Notes: generated by a model from the letters alone, not told the origin. A stretch of 64,000 nt of DNA from an uncultured Pelagibacteraceae bacterium (GCA_902596745.1 CACJUZ010000002.1:57545-121544); one strand, 5' to 3'; counted from the first letter of the stretch, positions 38,996 through 49,606 are shown. Numbers and translations: made by a program.

Positions 38996-40318
38996 ATGTA
39001 CAAAATCATAAAAAATTCCTGGGCTCTTTTCACCGGCTTTACAATCATCATTATCTCTCACGGATTTCAGGGAAACCTTTTAGGAATTAGATCAGTTTTA
39101 GAAAATTTTAATTACATAGCAACTGGAACAATGATGTCTGGTTATTTTGCAGGTTTTTTTGTGGGAGCTTACATCATACCTAATCTGGTATCTAAAGTTG
39201 GACACATAAGAGTATTTGCAGCATTTGCTTCCATGGCCTCATTAAGCTCTTTAGTGCATGTAGTTTTTGTTGAACCTTTGGTTTGGGTGCTTGCAAGATT
39301 TTTAACTGGATTTAGCATGATAGGTATATTTGTTATCGTTGAAAGTTGGTTAAATGACAGAGCAAATAATAAAACTAGAGGAAAAGTATTATCTTTATAT
39401 ATGTTTATCACTTTTGCTGGCCTTGCTCTTGGAAACCTTTTGCTTAACGTCAGTAATCCAAAAAACTACGAACCATTTATCTTAATTTCTTTATTATTTT
39501 CTATAGCTTTAATTCCAATACTTTTAACAAAGAGAAAACCTCCAAAATTTAAAAAAACTACCTCAATAAAAATTAAAGAGTTATTTAAAATCTCCCCTTT
39601 TGGAAGTTTTTCTATGATTTGCACTGGCTTTATATTTGCGCCAATATTTACGCTTTTATCGGTGTACGCAATCACAATGAAGCTTTCTATATTTGAAACC
39701 TCTTTGTTGCTTGTTGGAACGATGTTAGCTGGTGCTTTGTTTCAATGGCCGATTGGATCTTTATCAGATAAATATGATAGAAGAATAATTATTATTGGAT
39801 CTTCAATTGCAGCCTCGTTATTTGCTATTTTTGCTGTAATTGTTTCAGGTGCTGGTGCTTCTATACCAAATTTATTTGTCGAGACTACAGTGAGTTTTAA
39901 TTATTTTTCAACCACAATGGATAAAACAAAACTCTTTTTGTTTATTATTCTTTTATCTGGAACAACACTTCCTCTATTCTCATTAAACTTGGCTTTAGTA
40001 AATGACCAAATACCAAAAGAAAAATTCGTTGCTGCAGGAGGAGGCCTTAATATTATTTTTGGAATAGGAGCGATAGCAGGCCCAATAATGTGCTCGGCGT
40101 TGATGAATTTACTTGGACCAAACGGATTATTTGTCCACTTTTTAATTTTCTTTATTTTAATAATTATTTTTGGATTATACAGAATGAATCAAAGAAAATA
40201 TGAAGATAATCCTGACTCAACTTTTACACCTTTACCAACCAATATTACTCCATTGGGAATTGAATTGGATCCAGAGACAGGTGTTGATTTATCTAATACT
40301 GAAAATAAAAAAAATTAA
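38996..40318 (+). CDS. MFS transporter (YcaD-like)
   Basis: VGHIRVFAAF, IVESWLN, QWPIGSLSDKYDRR; ATG 38996 preferred over the upstream TTG. Confidence 0.87.
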   Translation: MYKIIKNSWALFTGFTIIIISHGFQGNLLGIRSVLENFNYIATGTMMSGYFAGFFVGAYIIPNLVSKVGHIRVFAAFASMASLSSLVHVVFVEPLVWVLARFLTGFSMIGIFVIVESWLNDRANNKTRGKVLSLYMFITFAGLALGNLLLNVSNPKNYEPFILISLLFSIALIPILLTKRKPPKFKKTTSIKIKELFKISPFGSFSMICTGFIFAPIFTLLSVYAITMKLSIFETSLLLVGTMLAGALFQWPIGSLSDKYDRRIIIIGSSIAASLFAIFAVIVSGAGASIPNLFVETTVSFNYFSTTMDKTKLFLFIILLSGTTLPLFSLNLALVNDQIPKEKFVAAGGGLNIIFGIGAIAGPIMCSALMNLLGPNGLFVHFLIFFILIIIFGLYRMNQRKYEDNPDSTFTPLPTNITPLGIELDPETGVDLSNTENKKN

Positions 40319-40839
40319 TTTAAGCTAGCAGTATCTTTAAGTCTTTGCTGAAAATAATCTTCAAAAGATTTATTGCATGTAATAATATATTTATTTCCTA
40401 AATTATATATTGAACACTCAATTCTCGCTATTACAGTCTGAGCCATCGTTGATTTTGGAAATTTTTCTTCTCTTAAATCGAAATGGGTTAATTGATTTAA
40501 AAAGTAGTTTTTATTTTCTCCTTCGATTTCAAAGTATGCTTGTCCATAAGAATAATCAGAGGCAAGCATATTCTCATTAGTATTAATCGATGATACCAAG
40601 TTTAAAATTTGATGATGTTCTTTTTTTTCTGTTAAAATTAAACTCCACTGATCAAAAGAACTTTTTGCAAACAGAAAATTTAAATCGTACTTAATTTCCA
40701 AGTTTTTTGATGGAGGTTTAATTGAAGTTTTCTCTTCTATTGTATTATTGAATTTTTCAAGTCCGTTCCCTCTAATTATTATTTGATGATAATCTTTTTG
40801 AGAAACTTTAACACCAGGAATTGATAATATATTTGTCAT
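40315..40839 (-). CDS. soxG: Sarcosine oxidase gamma subunit (divergent)
   Basis: Last gene of soxBDA; DYSYGQAYFEIEG, FDLR...F..AQT, KSFEDYF. Confidence 0.72.
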   Translation of the reverse strand: MTNILSIPGVKVSQKDYHQIIIRGNGLEKFNNTIEEKTSIKPPSKNLEIKYDLNFLFAKSSFDQWSLILTEKKEHHQILNLVSSINTNENMLASDYSYGQAYFEIEGENKNYFLNQLTHFDLREEKFPKSTMAQTVIARIECSIYNLGNKYIITCNKSFEDYFQQRLKDTASLN

Positions 40840-43817
40840 GAAGTTAACCTTTTATTTTCTGGATCAATAAATACTGGGTTCACTATTTCCACAGGAATAT
40901 TTTTAGTTTTTCCCGTGGCAGTGACAAAAAATTTATGCCCAAGTAAATTTTTACCGCCTTTTATCATAGCAAGACCAATTGAATGATTTAAATTTGGACT
41001 GTGATAACCTGAGGAAACATGCCCAAGATATTTTATCGGATTTGTAATTTTTTTTGGTAACTCGTTTAATTCGACTATATGTTGACCTTCTTCTATAATA
41101 TCTTTTCTATTGATAGGTAAAAGGCCAACAAGTTGTTTTCTGTCTTCTCTAGAGGTGTCTGGACGAGATAGAGATCTTTTGCCAATAAAGTCTTTTTTAT
41201 TTTTACCTATCATCCAATTATAGTTTAGGTCTATGGGGGTGACTGTGCCATCGGTTTCTTGACCAATTACTATGTAACCCTTTTCTGCTCTAAGTAAATG
41301 CATGGTTTCAGTTCCGTATGGAATTAAATTATATTCTTTACCGCAAGAAAATATTTCTTCCCAGAGCTCTAAGCCAAATTTGGGAGGAATATAAATTTCA
41401 TAACCTAATTCACCTGTAAAGCTAGCTCTCATAATTCTGATTTTAGTTTCTTTATAATCAAAGTTTTTAAAAGTCATAAATGGGAAGGCATCGTTACTAA
41501 AATCAATATCAGGAAAAACTTTCATCATAATTTCCCTCGTTTTAGGTCCGCTAATGTTAAATGTAGAAAACTGTTCAGTAATGGAGTTTAAATAAACTTG
41601 TAAATTAGGCCATTCTGTTTGCAAATATTCCTCCATATCTGCAAGTACTTTTGGTGCTCCACTTGATGTAGTTGTAGCAATAAAATGTTGGTCGCTAATT
41701 TTACAGATAATTCCATCATCTTTTATCATACCGTCTTCGCCTAACATCATAGCGTATCTAGATGTCATCGGTTTCATTTTTGTAAATGGATTGGTATACA
41801 TTAAATTCATAAATTCAAGAGCATCTCTACCTTTAATTTCAATTTTACCTAGAGTACTACCATCTAAGATTCCTGCATTTTCCCTAAGCATTTTAGACTC
41901 TCTTTGAACTGCTTGATACATGGTTTCACTTTCAAATGCTTTAAAATACCAAGGTCTTTTCCATTGCCCTACATCTTCGAAAACAGCATTATTTTTTAAA
42001 TGCCACGTGTGGATAGAAGTTTGTCTTTCAGGATCATAAAACTCGTAGGTACTTCTTCCTGCGATAGCAGCAAAACTTAATGGCGCATAAGGTGGTCTAT
42101 AAGTGGTAGTACCAACATCAGAGATTTCTTTTTTTAACATTTTTGAAACTATTGCTAAAGAATTGATACTACTAATTTTTCCTTGGTCAGTTCCCATACT
42201 GTTAGTTGTATACCTTTTTAAATGTTCGATACGATCAAACCCTTCTATAATTGCTTGTTTTAAATCTTTAGTAGTAACGTCGTTATGAAGATCTATAAAA
42301 GATTTCGACCAATGAGAATTGCTTTTCTTTTTTGTTTCCCACAATTCCTTAATTGAAAATTTATTTGGTACGTTTAAGTTAATATCTAATGATACTTTTT
42401 TTGTTTTAAAAATTGAAAGTTTTTCATTAATTTCATCACATAACTTTTTAAAACTATAATTTCCACTTGTTGACCCTAAGGTGATTGTTTTCTGAAAAGG
42501 TGTATCAGGTTTAAATGAAAGTATATTTTTATCCCATTTAACTAAACCTTTTGATTGTGTAAATAAATGTATATCAGGATTATATCCACCCGAAACGCAT
42601 AACATTGAGGACTTAAGTTTATTAAATGATTTACCTTGTCTAATATTAATGGTCTCAACTTTTTTATTACCATCACATCCTTCTATTTCTGCATCGCTGA
42701 AAAATGGAATTTCTTTATCTTTTAAAATTTTTTTAACTTCAGTCTCAACATTGTCTTTTTTTCTATAGTCAACATAAGCTTTTGGTTTACAACCTAAACT
42801 AATTAACTTTTTAAGCAGGCTTAATGTGGATGAATTATTTGTAAATATAACTGGTTCCTTTTCAGGAACAACCCCGTATCTATGAATATATTTTTCAAAT
42901 GAAGATGCTAACATTACTCCTGGCAAATCATTATTTCTAAAAGAAATAAATCTTTCTATATGGCCATTGGCTATTATTGTGTTTGAAGTCCTGATTTTAT
43001 GAAGCGTAAGCTCTGATTTATTTAAATCAATTTTTTTCCCGGCAAACTTATCCTCTAAAGCTATAAGATGATTTGTAAAGTTATATGTTGTTACTAACGT
43101 ATTTTTTAAAATAGTAATATTTTTCGAATTAAAAATTAATTTCTCAGTTTCACTTATCCACTCTTGAGAGGTTAAACCGTTTATGGTTTTAACTTTATTT
43201 GAATTTTTTAGTACGCCTCCTAAATAACTATCTTGTTCGATAAGTAAAACTTTATATTTTGTGTTTATAAATTTTTTAGCTGCAGCTAACCCGCTCAACC
43301 CTGCCCCTATGATAACGACATCTGTATTGTGATATTGGTGGGTGCTTTTAGATCTGAAATTTTTTGGTGGTTTACCTAATCCAGCTGAACGTCTTATTAA
43401 GGGTTCATAAAGATTTTTCCAAAAACCTTTTGGACCCATGAAAGTTTTGTAATAAAAACCAGCTGAGAATATCGGTGAAAGAATGTTATTGATTGCTCCA
43501 AAATCATATCTTAAGGACGGCCATCGATTTTGGCTTATAATCTCCATTCCATCATAAACTCGTTTAATCGTTGCTCGAGTGTTGGGCTCATTATGCTCAC
43601 TTATTATCTGAACTAATGCGTTAGGCTCTTCAATTCCACAAGTATATATTCCTCTAGGTCTATGATATTTAAAACTTCTACCAACTAATCTAATATTATT
43701 TCTCAAAAGTGCAGAGGCAATAGTATCACCCTCATAAGCTAGATAAGTTTTTCCATCGAAGATAATTTTAACTTGTTTTTTTGAGATATATTCGCAATTA
43801 TTATATATAGCTGACAT
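40836..43817 (-). CDS. soxA: Sarcosine oxidase alpha subunit
   Basis: GDTIASALL..VGRSFKYHRPRG, AGFYYKTFM, HLKRYTT.MGTDQGK, GQWKRPWYF, SFTGELGYE. Confidence 0.93.
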   Translation of the reverse strand: MSAIYNNCEYISKKQVKIIFDGKTYLAYEGDTIASALLRNNIRLVGRSFKYHRPRGIYTCGIEEPNALVQIISEHNEPNTRATIKRVYDGMEIISQNRWPSLRYDFGAINNILSPIFSAGFYYKTFMGPKGFWKNLYEPLIRRSAGLGKPPKNFRSKSTHQYHNTDVVIIGAGLSGLAAAKKFINTKYKVLLIEQDSYLGGVLKNSNKVKTINGLTSQEWISETEKLIFNSKNITILKNTLVTTYNFTNHLIALEDKFAGKKIDLNKSELTLHKIRTSNTIIANGHIERFISFRNNDLPGVMLASSFEKYIHRYGVVPEKEPVIFTNNSSTLSLLKKLISLGCKPKAYVDYRKKDNVETEVKKILKDKEIPFFSDAEIEGCDGNKKVETINIRQGKSFNKLKSSMLCVSGGYNPDIHLFTQSKGLVKWDKNILSFKPDTPFQKTITLGSTSGNYSFKKLCDEINEKLSIFKTKKVSLDINLNVPNKFSIKELWETKKKSNSHWSKSFIDLHNDVTTKDLKQAIIEGFDRIEHLKRYTTNSMGTDQGKISSINSLAIVSKMLKKEISDVGTTTYRPPYAPLSFAAIAGRSTYEFYDPERQTSIHTWHLKNNAVFEDVGQWKRPWYFKAFESETMYQAVQRESKMLRENAGILDGSTLGKIEIKGRDALEFMNLMYTNPFTKMKPMTSRYAMMLGEDGMIKDDGIICKISDQHFIATTTSSGAPKVLADMEEYLQTEWPNLQVYLNSITEQFSTFNISGPKTREIMMKVFPDIDFSNDAFPFMTFKNFDYKETKIRIMRASFTGELGYEIYIPPKFGLELWEEIFSCGKEYNLIPYGTETMHLLRAEKGYIVIGQETDGTVTPIDLNYNWMIGKNKKDFIGKRSLSRPDTSREDRKQLVGLLPINRKDIIEEGQHIVELNELPKKITNPIKYLGHVSSGYHSPNLNHSIGLAMIKGGKNLLGHKFFVTATGKTKNIPVEIVNPVFIDPENKRLTS

Positions 43818-43820
43818 ACT

Positions 43821-44171
43821 TTACTTTTTTACTGCAAAATTTCCTGATCCTACTGATGGCTCGCCAGATGGTGATTTGAGAGTGTTTTGAAATTCACTTA
43901 AATCCGGCCTTTTTTCATTCACTTTATAAACCTTTAATATTTGGTCAGTGGATGTATTTCTTACTGCATTAAACCATTTTTTACATCCATGAGTGTGAAC
44001 CCATCTCTCATAAAAAATTCCTTTAGGATTGTTTCTATAGAAAACATATTCTCCCCAATCTTTATCTGACAAACTTTCTGGATTTTTAGGACGAATTATG
44101 TGAGCTTCCCCACCATTGGCAAACTCTGATTGATCTCTTTCACCGCAATATGGACATTTAATTAAAATCAT
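43821..44171 (-). CDS. soxD: Sarcosine oxidase delta subunit
   Basis: CPYCGER..EF..GGEAH..RP, ERW.H.HGC..WFN (Zn ligands). Confidence 0.93.
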   Translation of the reverse strand: MILIKCPYCGERDQSEFANGGEAHIIRPKNPESLSDKDWGEYVFYRNNPKGIFYERWVHTHGCKKWFNAVRNTSTDQILKVYKVNEKRPDLSEFQNTLKSPSGEPSVGSGNFAVKK

Positions 44172-44173
44172 GA

Positions 44174-45424
44174 CTAGTGTGCAACAGCTGCCGCGCCGTG
44201 CTCATCTATCAATCTTCCATCAGAAAATCTGCTTAGAGCAAATGGAGCATTTATTTTATGTGGCTCATCTTTTGCAATTGTATGTGCAAATACGTTCGCG
44301 CTTCCAGGGGTAGCTTTAAAACCTCCAGTTCCCCAACCACAATTAAAATATAAACCTTCAACATCACATTTGCTTATAATTGGACTCGCGTCTGGGCAAA
44401 TATCTACTATGCCTCCCCATTGTCTTAACATTTTCATTTTTCCAAAAATTGGATAAAGCTCTACAATAGCTCTAACTGTTTCCTCTATAACATCGTAACC
44501 ACCTCTTTGAGTAAAGGAATTGTAACCATCCGTACCAGCTCCAATTACTAGCTCCCCTTTGTCAGATTGACTTACATAAGCATGCACAGCATTAGACATA
44601 ACTACTGTATTTATAACTGGTTTTATAGGTTCTGAAACCAAAGCTTGCAATGGCCTGCTTTGCAAAGGTAGTCTTACTCCAGCTGTTGCAGCTAGTACGC
44701 TTGTATGACCTGAGGCTACGACACCAATTTTTTTTGATTTAATAAAACCTTTTGTTGTTTCTACACCTTCAACTTTATAATTATCTGTTTTAATTCCTTT
44801 TACTTCACAATTTTGAATTATATCAACACCTAATTCGTCAGCTCTCATCGCATATCCCCAAGCAACAGCATCATGTCTAGCCACTCCACCTCTTGGTTGA
44901 TATGCGGCTCCAAGAACTGGATATCTTAAATTGTCAGTATTCATAATAGGAACTAAATCTTTTACTTCATTTTTATCAAGCCACATTGTATCTAAGCCGT
45001 TTAATCTGTTCGCAGAAACTCTTCTTTTAATTTCTTTTATATCATGTTCATTATGTGCTAAATTTAAAACTCCTCTTTGGCTGAACATCATATTATAATT
45101 CAAATCTTCAGAAAGATTTTCCCATAATTTTACAGCATGATCGTAAAGATATGCGCTCTCATCCCATAAATAATTTGATCTAATAATTGTAGTATTTCTA
45201 CCTGTGTTTCCACTTCCTAGCCAACCCTTTTCTATTACTGCAATATTTTTTATGCCATGGTGTTTTGCCAAATAATAAGCAGTACCAAGTCCATGACCTC
45301 CACCGCCTACAATAATAACATCATAATGTTTTTTAGGATTAGGGCTTCTCCACATCTTTCCCCAATTTTCATTATTTGAAAGTGAGTTCTTTAAAATGCT
45401 GCCTATTGAATATTTCTTTTTCAC
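44174..45424 (-). CDS. soxB: Sarcosine oxidase beta subunit
   Basis: [59 protein letters not shown]; GTG 45424 or TTG 45439 start. Confidence 0.94.
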   Translation of the reverse strand: MKKKYSIGSILKNSLSNNENWGKMWRSPNPKKHYDVIIVGGGGHGLGTAYYLAKHHGIKNIAVIEKGWLGSGNTGRNTTIIRSNYLWDESAYLYDHAVKLWENLSEDLNYNMMFSQRGVLNLAHNEHDIKEIKRRVSANRLNGLDTMWLDKNEVKDLVPIMNTDNLRYPVLGAAYQPRGGVARHDAVAWGYAMRADELGVDIIQNCEVKGIKTDNYKVEGVETTKGFIKSKKIGVVASGHTSVLAATAGVRLPLQSRPLQALVSEPIKPVINTVVMSNAVHAYVSQSDKGELVIGAGTDGYNSFTQRGGYDVIEETVRAIVELYPIFGKMKMLRQWGGIVDICPDASPIISKCDVEGLYFNCGWGTGGFKATPGSANVFAHTIAKDEPHKINAPFALSRFSDGRLIDEHGAAAVAH

Positions 45425-45463
45425 AATTAAAAGTACCAAAAAAATTTAATGTCAGCCAGTGAA

Positions 45464-45805
45464 TTAATCTAGAATCTTGATTTTTGAATTTTTGTCTATT
45501 TTACTTCTTAACTCTGATACTCGTTTTTTGAGTATTGAACATACTTCAGTTTCTGTGACTTCAAGAAAGTTAACACATTTCACTTTTTCTCTTTCTGGGT
45601 TGTGTTTTTCAGCAAAGCTTAATGCATGTTCGATAGTTGATTTTCCAGTAGATTTTTTAATACCATAATCCACGGCTGAGGTAAAAGTTGACCTCGCGAG
45701 ATTACCTCCTCCAGCTGCAGTTGATGCTGGACCTAAAAAAGCTACGGTTTCAGCGCAGCCTGTTAAAAATATTGTTGCAGCTATACTTATTAATATTTTT
45801 TTCAA
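45464..45805 (-). CDS. Hypothetical lipoprotein
   Basis: TTG start with GAGAGGG RBS; lipobox LTGC; C-terminal Cys pair. Confidence 0.72.
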   Translation of the reverse strand: MKKILISIAATIFLTGCAETVAFLGPASTAAGGGNLARSTFTSAVDYGIKKSTGKSTIEHALSFAEKHNPEREKVKCVNFLEVTETEVCSILKKRVSELRSKIDKNSKIKILD

Positions 45806-45912
45806 TTTTCCCTCTCGCTTTTTTCAAATGCTTATACTTTTTTTTTTTACTTAAGAAACACTAATTTGCTCACATTGAGCTTATCAAAAACAACCATAAA
45901 TTGTAATATATT

Positions 45913-46863
45913 TTATTTAATTTCTCGAATCGGCTTATTATTAATACATGAATTGAGGTTTTCTATCATCTGAAAATAGAACTTAGAATAATTCTCCACA
46001 GTGACATATCCCAAGTGCGGCAATAATAAAGCATTTGGTAAAAACCTCAATTTGTGATCCTGGGGAAGAGGCTCTTGATTATAGACATCTAACCCGGCTC
46101 CAGCAATTTCATCATTTTCTAGAGCTTCGATTAAATCTTTTTCATTAATTATCTCACCTCTTGAGGTGTTTATTAAAATTGATGTATCTTTCATAAGTTT
46201 TAATTCTTTTTTTGTAATTAAATTAATGTATCTATCTCCTAAAACTACGTGTATGGACAATACATCTGAAGTTTTAATTAAGTCTTCTTTGTTCATTGGC
46301 AAAACATTTAATTTATTTGCTTCAGATAAATTTAAATTTTCGCTCCATGCTGAAACTTCCATACCAAAAGCTTGGCCGATTTTTGCAACTTGAGTACCAA
46401 TTTTACCTAACCCAATTACTCCTAATCTTTTTCCTTTAAGCTCATATCCTATTGTGGTTTGCCAATAGCCTTGGAACATATTGTCAACTTCTTGTTTAAT
46501 ATTTCTTAACAACCCAAGTATTAATGCCCAGGTAATTTCAGCTGCAGGATTAGAATTAATTTCTGTACCACAAACCACAATTTTTTTTTCTTTAGTTGCA
46601 TTTAAATCTATAGCCTTATTTCTCATTCCTGATGTCATTATATATTTTAATTTTTTTAAATTTGATATCAAAGATCTTGTTATTTTTGTCCTCTCTCTCA
46701 TTAAGAAAAGAACCTCAAAATTTTTTAATGCTTCTATGGTTTCTAACTCATTATTAAATGGTTCATTAAAGATTTTAAATTCATATTTGGATACAAACTC
46801 TTGAGTATTTATAATTTGATTAAAAACATTTTGATAATCGTCTAATACTGCAACTTTAAGCAT
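45913..46863 (-). CDS. D-isomer-specific 2-hydroxyacid dehydrogenase family protein
   Basis: KVAVLDDYQ, MRERT, GLGKIG, INTSRG, LDVY..EPLP, PHLGYV; start moved to ATG 46863 (AGGAG RBS). Confidence 0.88.
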   Translation of the reverse strand: MLKVAVLDDYQNVFNQIINTQEFVSKYEFKIFNEPFNNELETIEALKNFEVLFLMRERTKITRSLISNLKKLKYIMTSGMRNKAIDLNATKEKKIVVCGTEINSNPAAEITWALILGLLRNIKQEVDNMFQGYWQTTIGYELKGKRLGVIGLGKIGTQVAKIGQAFGMEVSAWSENLNLSEANKLNVLPMNKEDLIKTSDVLSIHVVLGDRYINLITKKELKLMKDTSILINTSRGEIINEKDLIEALENDEIAGAGLDVYNQEPLPQDHKLRFLPNALLLPHLGYVTVENYSKFYFQMIENLNSCINNKPIREIK

Positions 46864-47749
46864 TGGTTCTCCTATTTGATAAATAAATTCCAGATAAAAT
46901 AAAAAGTGCTCCAATAAAATGATAAAATTCAAATTTTTCCTGAAATATTATAATTGCAAGTAAAGCGCTAAGTAACGGCATTAATTGAATAAACATAGTA
47001 GCTCGATTTGGTCCAACTATCTCTACGCCTTTCTGCCAGCAGTAATAGGCTATTAATGCTGGAAAGATTACAACATAAAACAAAATAATAAAAAATGCTT
47101 TATTAAATTTTATTTCAAGGCCCATTGATTGCTCGTATAAAAATTGTGGAATTAAAAAAATTATTCCAACAGATACCATTAATTGTATTAAAGTAAATTG
47201 TGAGAATTTGAAATTATGTTTTTTAAGCAATGTTGAATACAGCGACCAAGTTAATACACAAACTAACATCCAAAGATCACCTTTATTAAAATTTAGAGAA
47301 AAAATCTTATTTATATCTGCATTAGAAATGATCGCACTAATGCCAATAATTGATAATAACAATCCAATTAATTGAAAAATATTTGTTTTGTCTACTTTCA
47401 TTAAAGATGAAATGATTATTGTTACTGCTGGAATAGCTGCAAGCACTAAAACTGCATTTATAACTTGAGTATAATTTAACGCAAAGTACACAACAGAATT
47501 AAAGGTGCTTATAGTTATCACGCCCATAAAACTTATCACCATCCAATTTTTTTTTATGTTATTTAAATTGATATAAATTTCTTTGTAAGTAAACGGTATC
47601 AAAATCAACCAAACAGAAACCCATCTTAAAAAATTTAATGTTAATGGAGGTACCTCAAATAAATAAGCAAATTTACCTACTATAAAATTACCTGACCAAC
47701 AAAAAGTTGCAAATACTAATAAGCTATAAGCTAAATAATTTTTTGACAA
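46856..47749 (-). CDS. DMT/EamA-family transporter
   Basis: WSGNFIVGK, GDLWML, 10 TM segments in two repeats. Confidence 0.88.
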   Translation of the reverse strand: MSKNYLAYSLLVFATFCWSGNFIVGKFAYLFEVPPLTLNFLRWVSVWLILIPFTYKEIYINLNNIKKNWMVISFMGVITISTFNSVVYFALNYTQVINAVLVLAAIPAVTIIISSLMKVDKTNIFQLIGLLLSIIGISAIISNADINKIFSLNFNKGDLWMLVCVLTWSLYSTLLKKHNFKFSQFTLIQLMVSVGIIFLIPQFLYEQSMGLEIKFNKAFFIILFYVVIFPALIAYYCWQKGVEIVGPNRATMFIQLMPLLSALLAIIIFQEKFEFYHFIGALFILSGIYLSNRRTNA

Positions 47750-47757
47750 ATTGATCC

Positions 47758-49005
47758 TTAATTAAATCTTGCGGAACTGTATGGAGATAAATCTAAATTA
47801 GTTTTCTCTTCATTAACTATTCCTGAAACGATTTTTCCAGTTATTGCTCCAAGAGTCCAGCCTAAATGATGGTGCCCAAAAGCATAAATTATGTTTCTAT
47901 TTTTTAAAGAAGGTCCAATTACTGGTAAAAAATCTGGAAGTGTAGGTCTAAAACCTAGCCACTCATCTTGAAAATCTCCTAATTGAGGTAGTAATTCTTT
48001 TGCACATTTATCTATATAATCAATTCTTTTTTTTGAAATAGGATTATCAAAACCACCAAGTTCTACTGTTCCAACTGCTCTTAGTCCTTGATTCATAGGG
48101 GTCATACCGAAACCTCTATCAAGAAAAATTACTGGTCTTTTAAGAAGATAGTCCATCTTCTTATAATGGATATGGTATCCTCTTTCAGTATCCAAAGGAA
48201 TTTTTTCACCTAATTGATCGGTTAATTTTTTTGAAAAAGCCCCGCAGGCTAAAACAATCTTTTCAAAACTAAACTTTTCTGAGTTTGTTTTAACTTTTGT
48301 TTGATTATATCTTGTTTGCTCTACACCTAAAACCTCCTCCTTCTTAAATTTTCCACCAGAATTTAAAAAAAGTTCAAATAGTTTTTTTGTTATACCTTGT
48401 GGATCCCTAGCGTGGTATGCATAGTCATAAATCACCCCTGCATCAAAAACTGGATTAAGATTCGGTTCTAATTCTAATACCTCTTCCTTACTTAAAAGTC
48501 TTTGCTTTATTCCAAGGTCATTACGGATCTTTATTTCCATTTTTCTACTTTTTATATTTTTATTAGTCCAAATATAGATAATACCTTTTCTTTCAACTAA
48601 ATTAGTTGTATCGATTTCACTTAAAATTTCATCGTAAGCATCAAGAGATAAATCTAAAATTTGATGCATATATTTTGTAGTGTGCATCATTGATCTTTTT
48701 GTGGATGACTTTAGGTATTTTAAAATCCAAGGAATCATCTTTGGAATGTAATTCCACTTTAAAGCTAAAGGTCCATAGGAACTAAGTAACATTTTTGGAA
48801 TATCATAAATTACATCTGGTCTATTCAACTGAACAACGGCATATGGGGAGAAATGACCCGCGTTGCCATACGAACTCATACTGCCTGGATCGTTTTTATC
48901 AAATATAGTAACTGGAATTCCTTTTTTTACTAATTGCAGCCCAATACAAACTCCCTGAATCCCCGCACCTATAATACCTACTGAGTTACATTTATAATTA
49001 CTCAT
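47758..49005 (-). CDS. D-amino acid dehydrogenase (DadA-like) FAD-dependent oxidoreductase
   Basis: IIGAGIQG, SSYGNAG, ERGYH, WLGFRPTLPDFLPVIG, FGHHHLGWTLG. Confidence 0.85.
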   Translation of the reverse strand: MSNYKCNSVGIIGAGIQGVCIGLQLVKKGIPVTIFDKNDPGSMSSYGNAGHFSPYAVVQLNRPDVIYDIPKMLLSSYGPLALKWNYIPKMIPWILKYLKSSTKRSMMHTTKYMHQILDLSLDAYDEILSEIDTTNLVERKGIIYIWTNKNIKSRKMEIKIRNDLGIKQRLLSKEEVLELEPNLNPVFDAGVIYDYAYHARDPQGITKKLFELFLNSGGKFKKEEVLGVEQTRYNQTKVKTNSEKFSFEKIVLACGAFSKKLTDQLGEKIPLDTERGYHIHYKKMDYLLKRPVIFLDRGFGMTPMNQGLRAVGTVELGGFDNPISKKRIDYIDKCAKELLPQLGDFQDEWLGFRPTLPDFLPVIGPSLKNRNIIYAFGHHHLGWTLGAITGKIVSGIVNEEKTNLDLSPYSSARFN

Positions 49006-49050
49006 GTAATAAATATAGTTTAAATTTTGATTTTTTTATAGTGCGATAGA

Positions 49051-49506
49051 TTAGACTAGAGCTTCGCTCTCTTTATTCACATTTGCTTCGGGTTTGCCGT
49101 TCTTTTTTGTTTTCTTTTCTTCTTTTGTTTTTGAAAATAAGAAATCTCCTGTAATTTTGCTCTTAGATGCTGTCTTTTTAATATAACCCTCTATGTCAGC
49201 ACCATTTTCTGTTCTCAAATTTTGAGAAAATTCGATATCACCTTTAACTACTCCTGAAGAACCTATTACAACGTTATCCGCTGAAACTTTACCGTCCAAG
49301 TGGCCGTGGATTTCTACAGTTTCTGCTTCGACTCCACCTGAAATTGAACCTGTTTCTTTTATTACTATTTCTTTAGAGTAAACAGGACCTTTGACCAAAC
49401 CAGCTACATCGATTGCTCCTGAGCTGTTTACAGTACCATCAATGCTTACTGTTTCACTAATTAAAGATCTTTCTGAGTCTTTTAATGATTTTTTATCACC
49501 AAACAT
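49051..49506 (-). CDS. Bactofilin (polymer-forming cytoskeletal protein)
   Basis: Beta-helix repeats (SLISETVSIDG...VAGLVKG...TGSISG.V.AETVEIHG.LDG.V.A..V.I.SSG.VKGDI...ENGA.IEG); N-terminal MFGDKK. Confidence 0.88.
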   Translation of the reverse strand: MFGDKKSLKDSERSLISETVSIDGTVNSSGAIDVAGLVKGPVYSKEIVIKETGSISGGVEAETVEIHGHLDGKVSADNVVIGSSGVVKGDIEFSQNLRTENGADIEGYIKKTASKSKITGDFLFSKTKEEKKTKKNGKPEANVNKESEALV

Positions 49507-49606
49507 AATTTATTAATTAAAATTAGATCATCTAAATGTAATGAAAGCAAGTATTAATTTTTTAAAATTAAGTTCATTTTGGTCCATTTACTGAGTAAAT
49601 TTTAAA

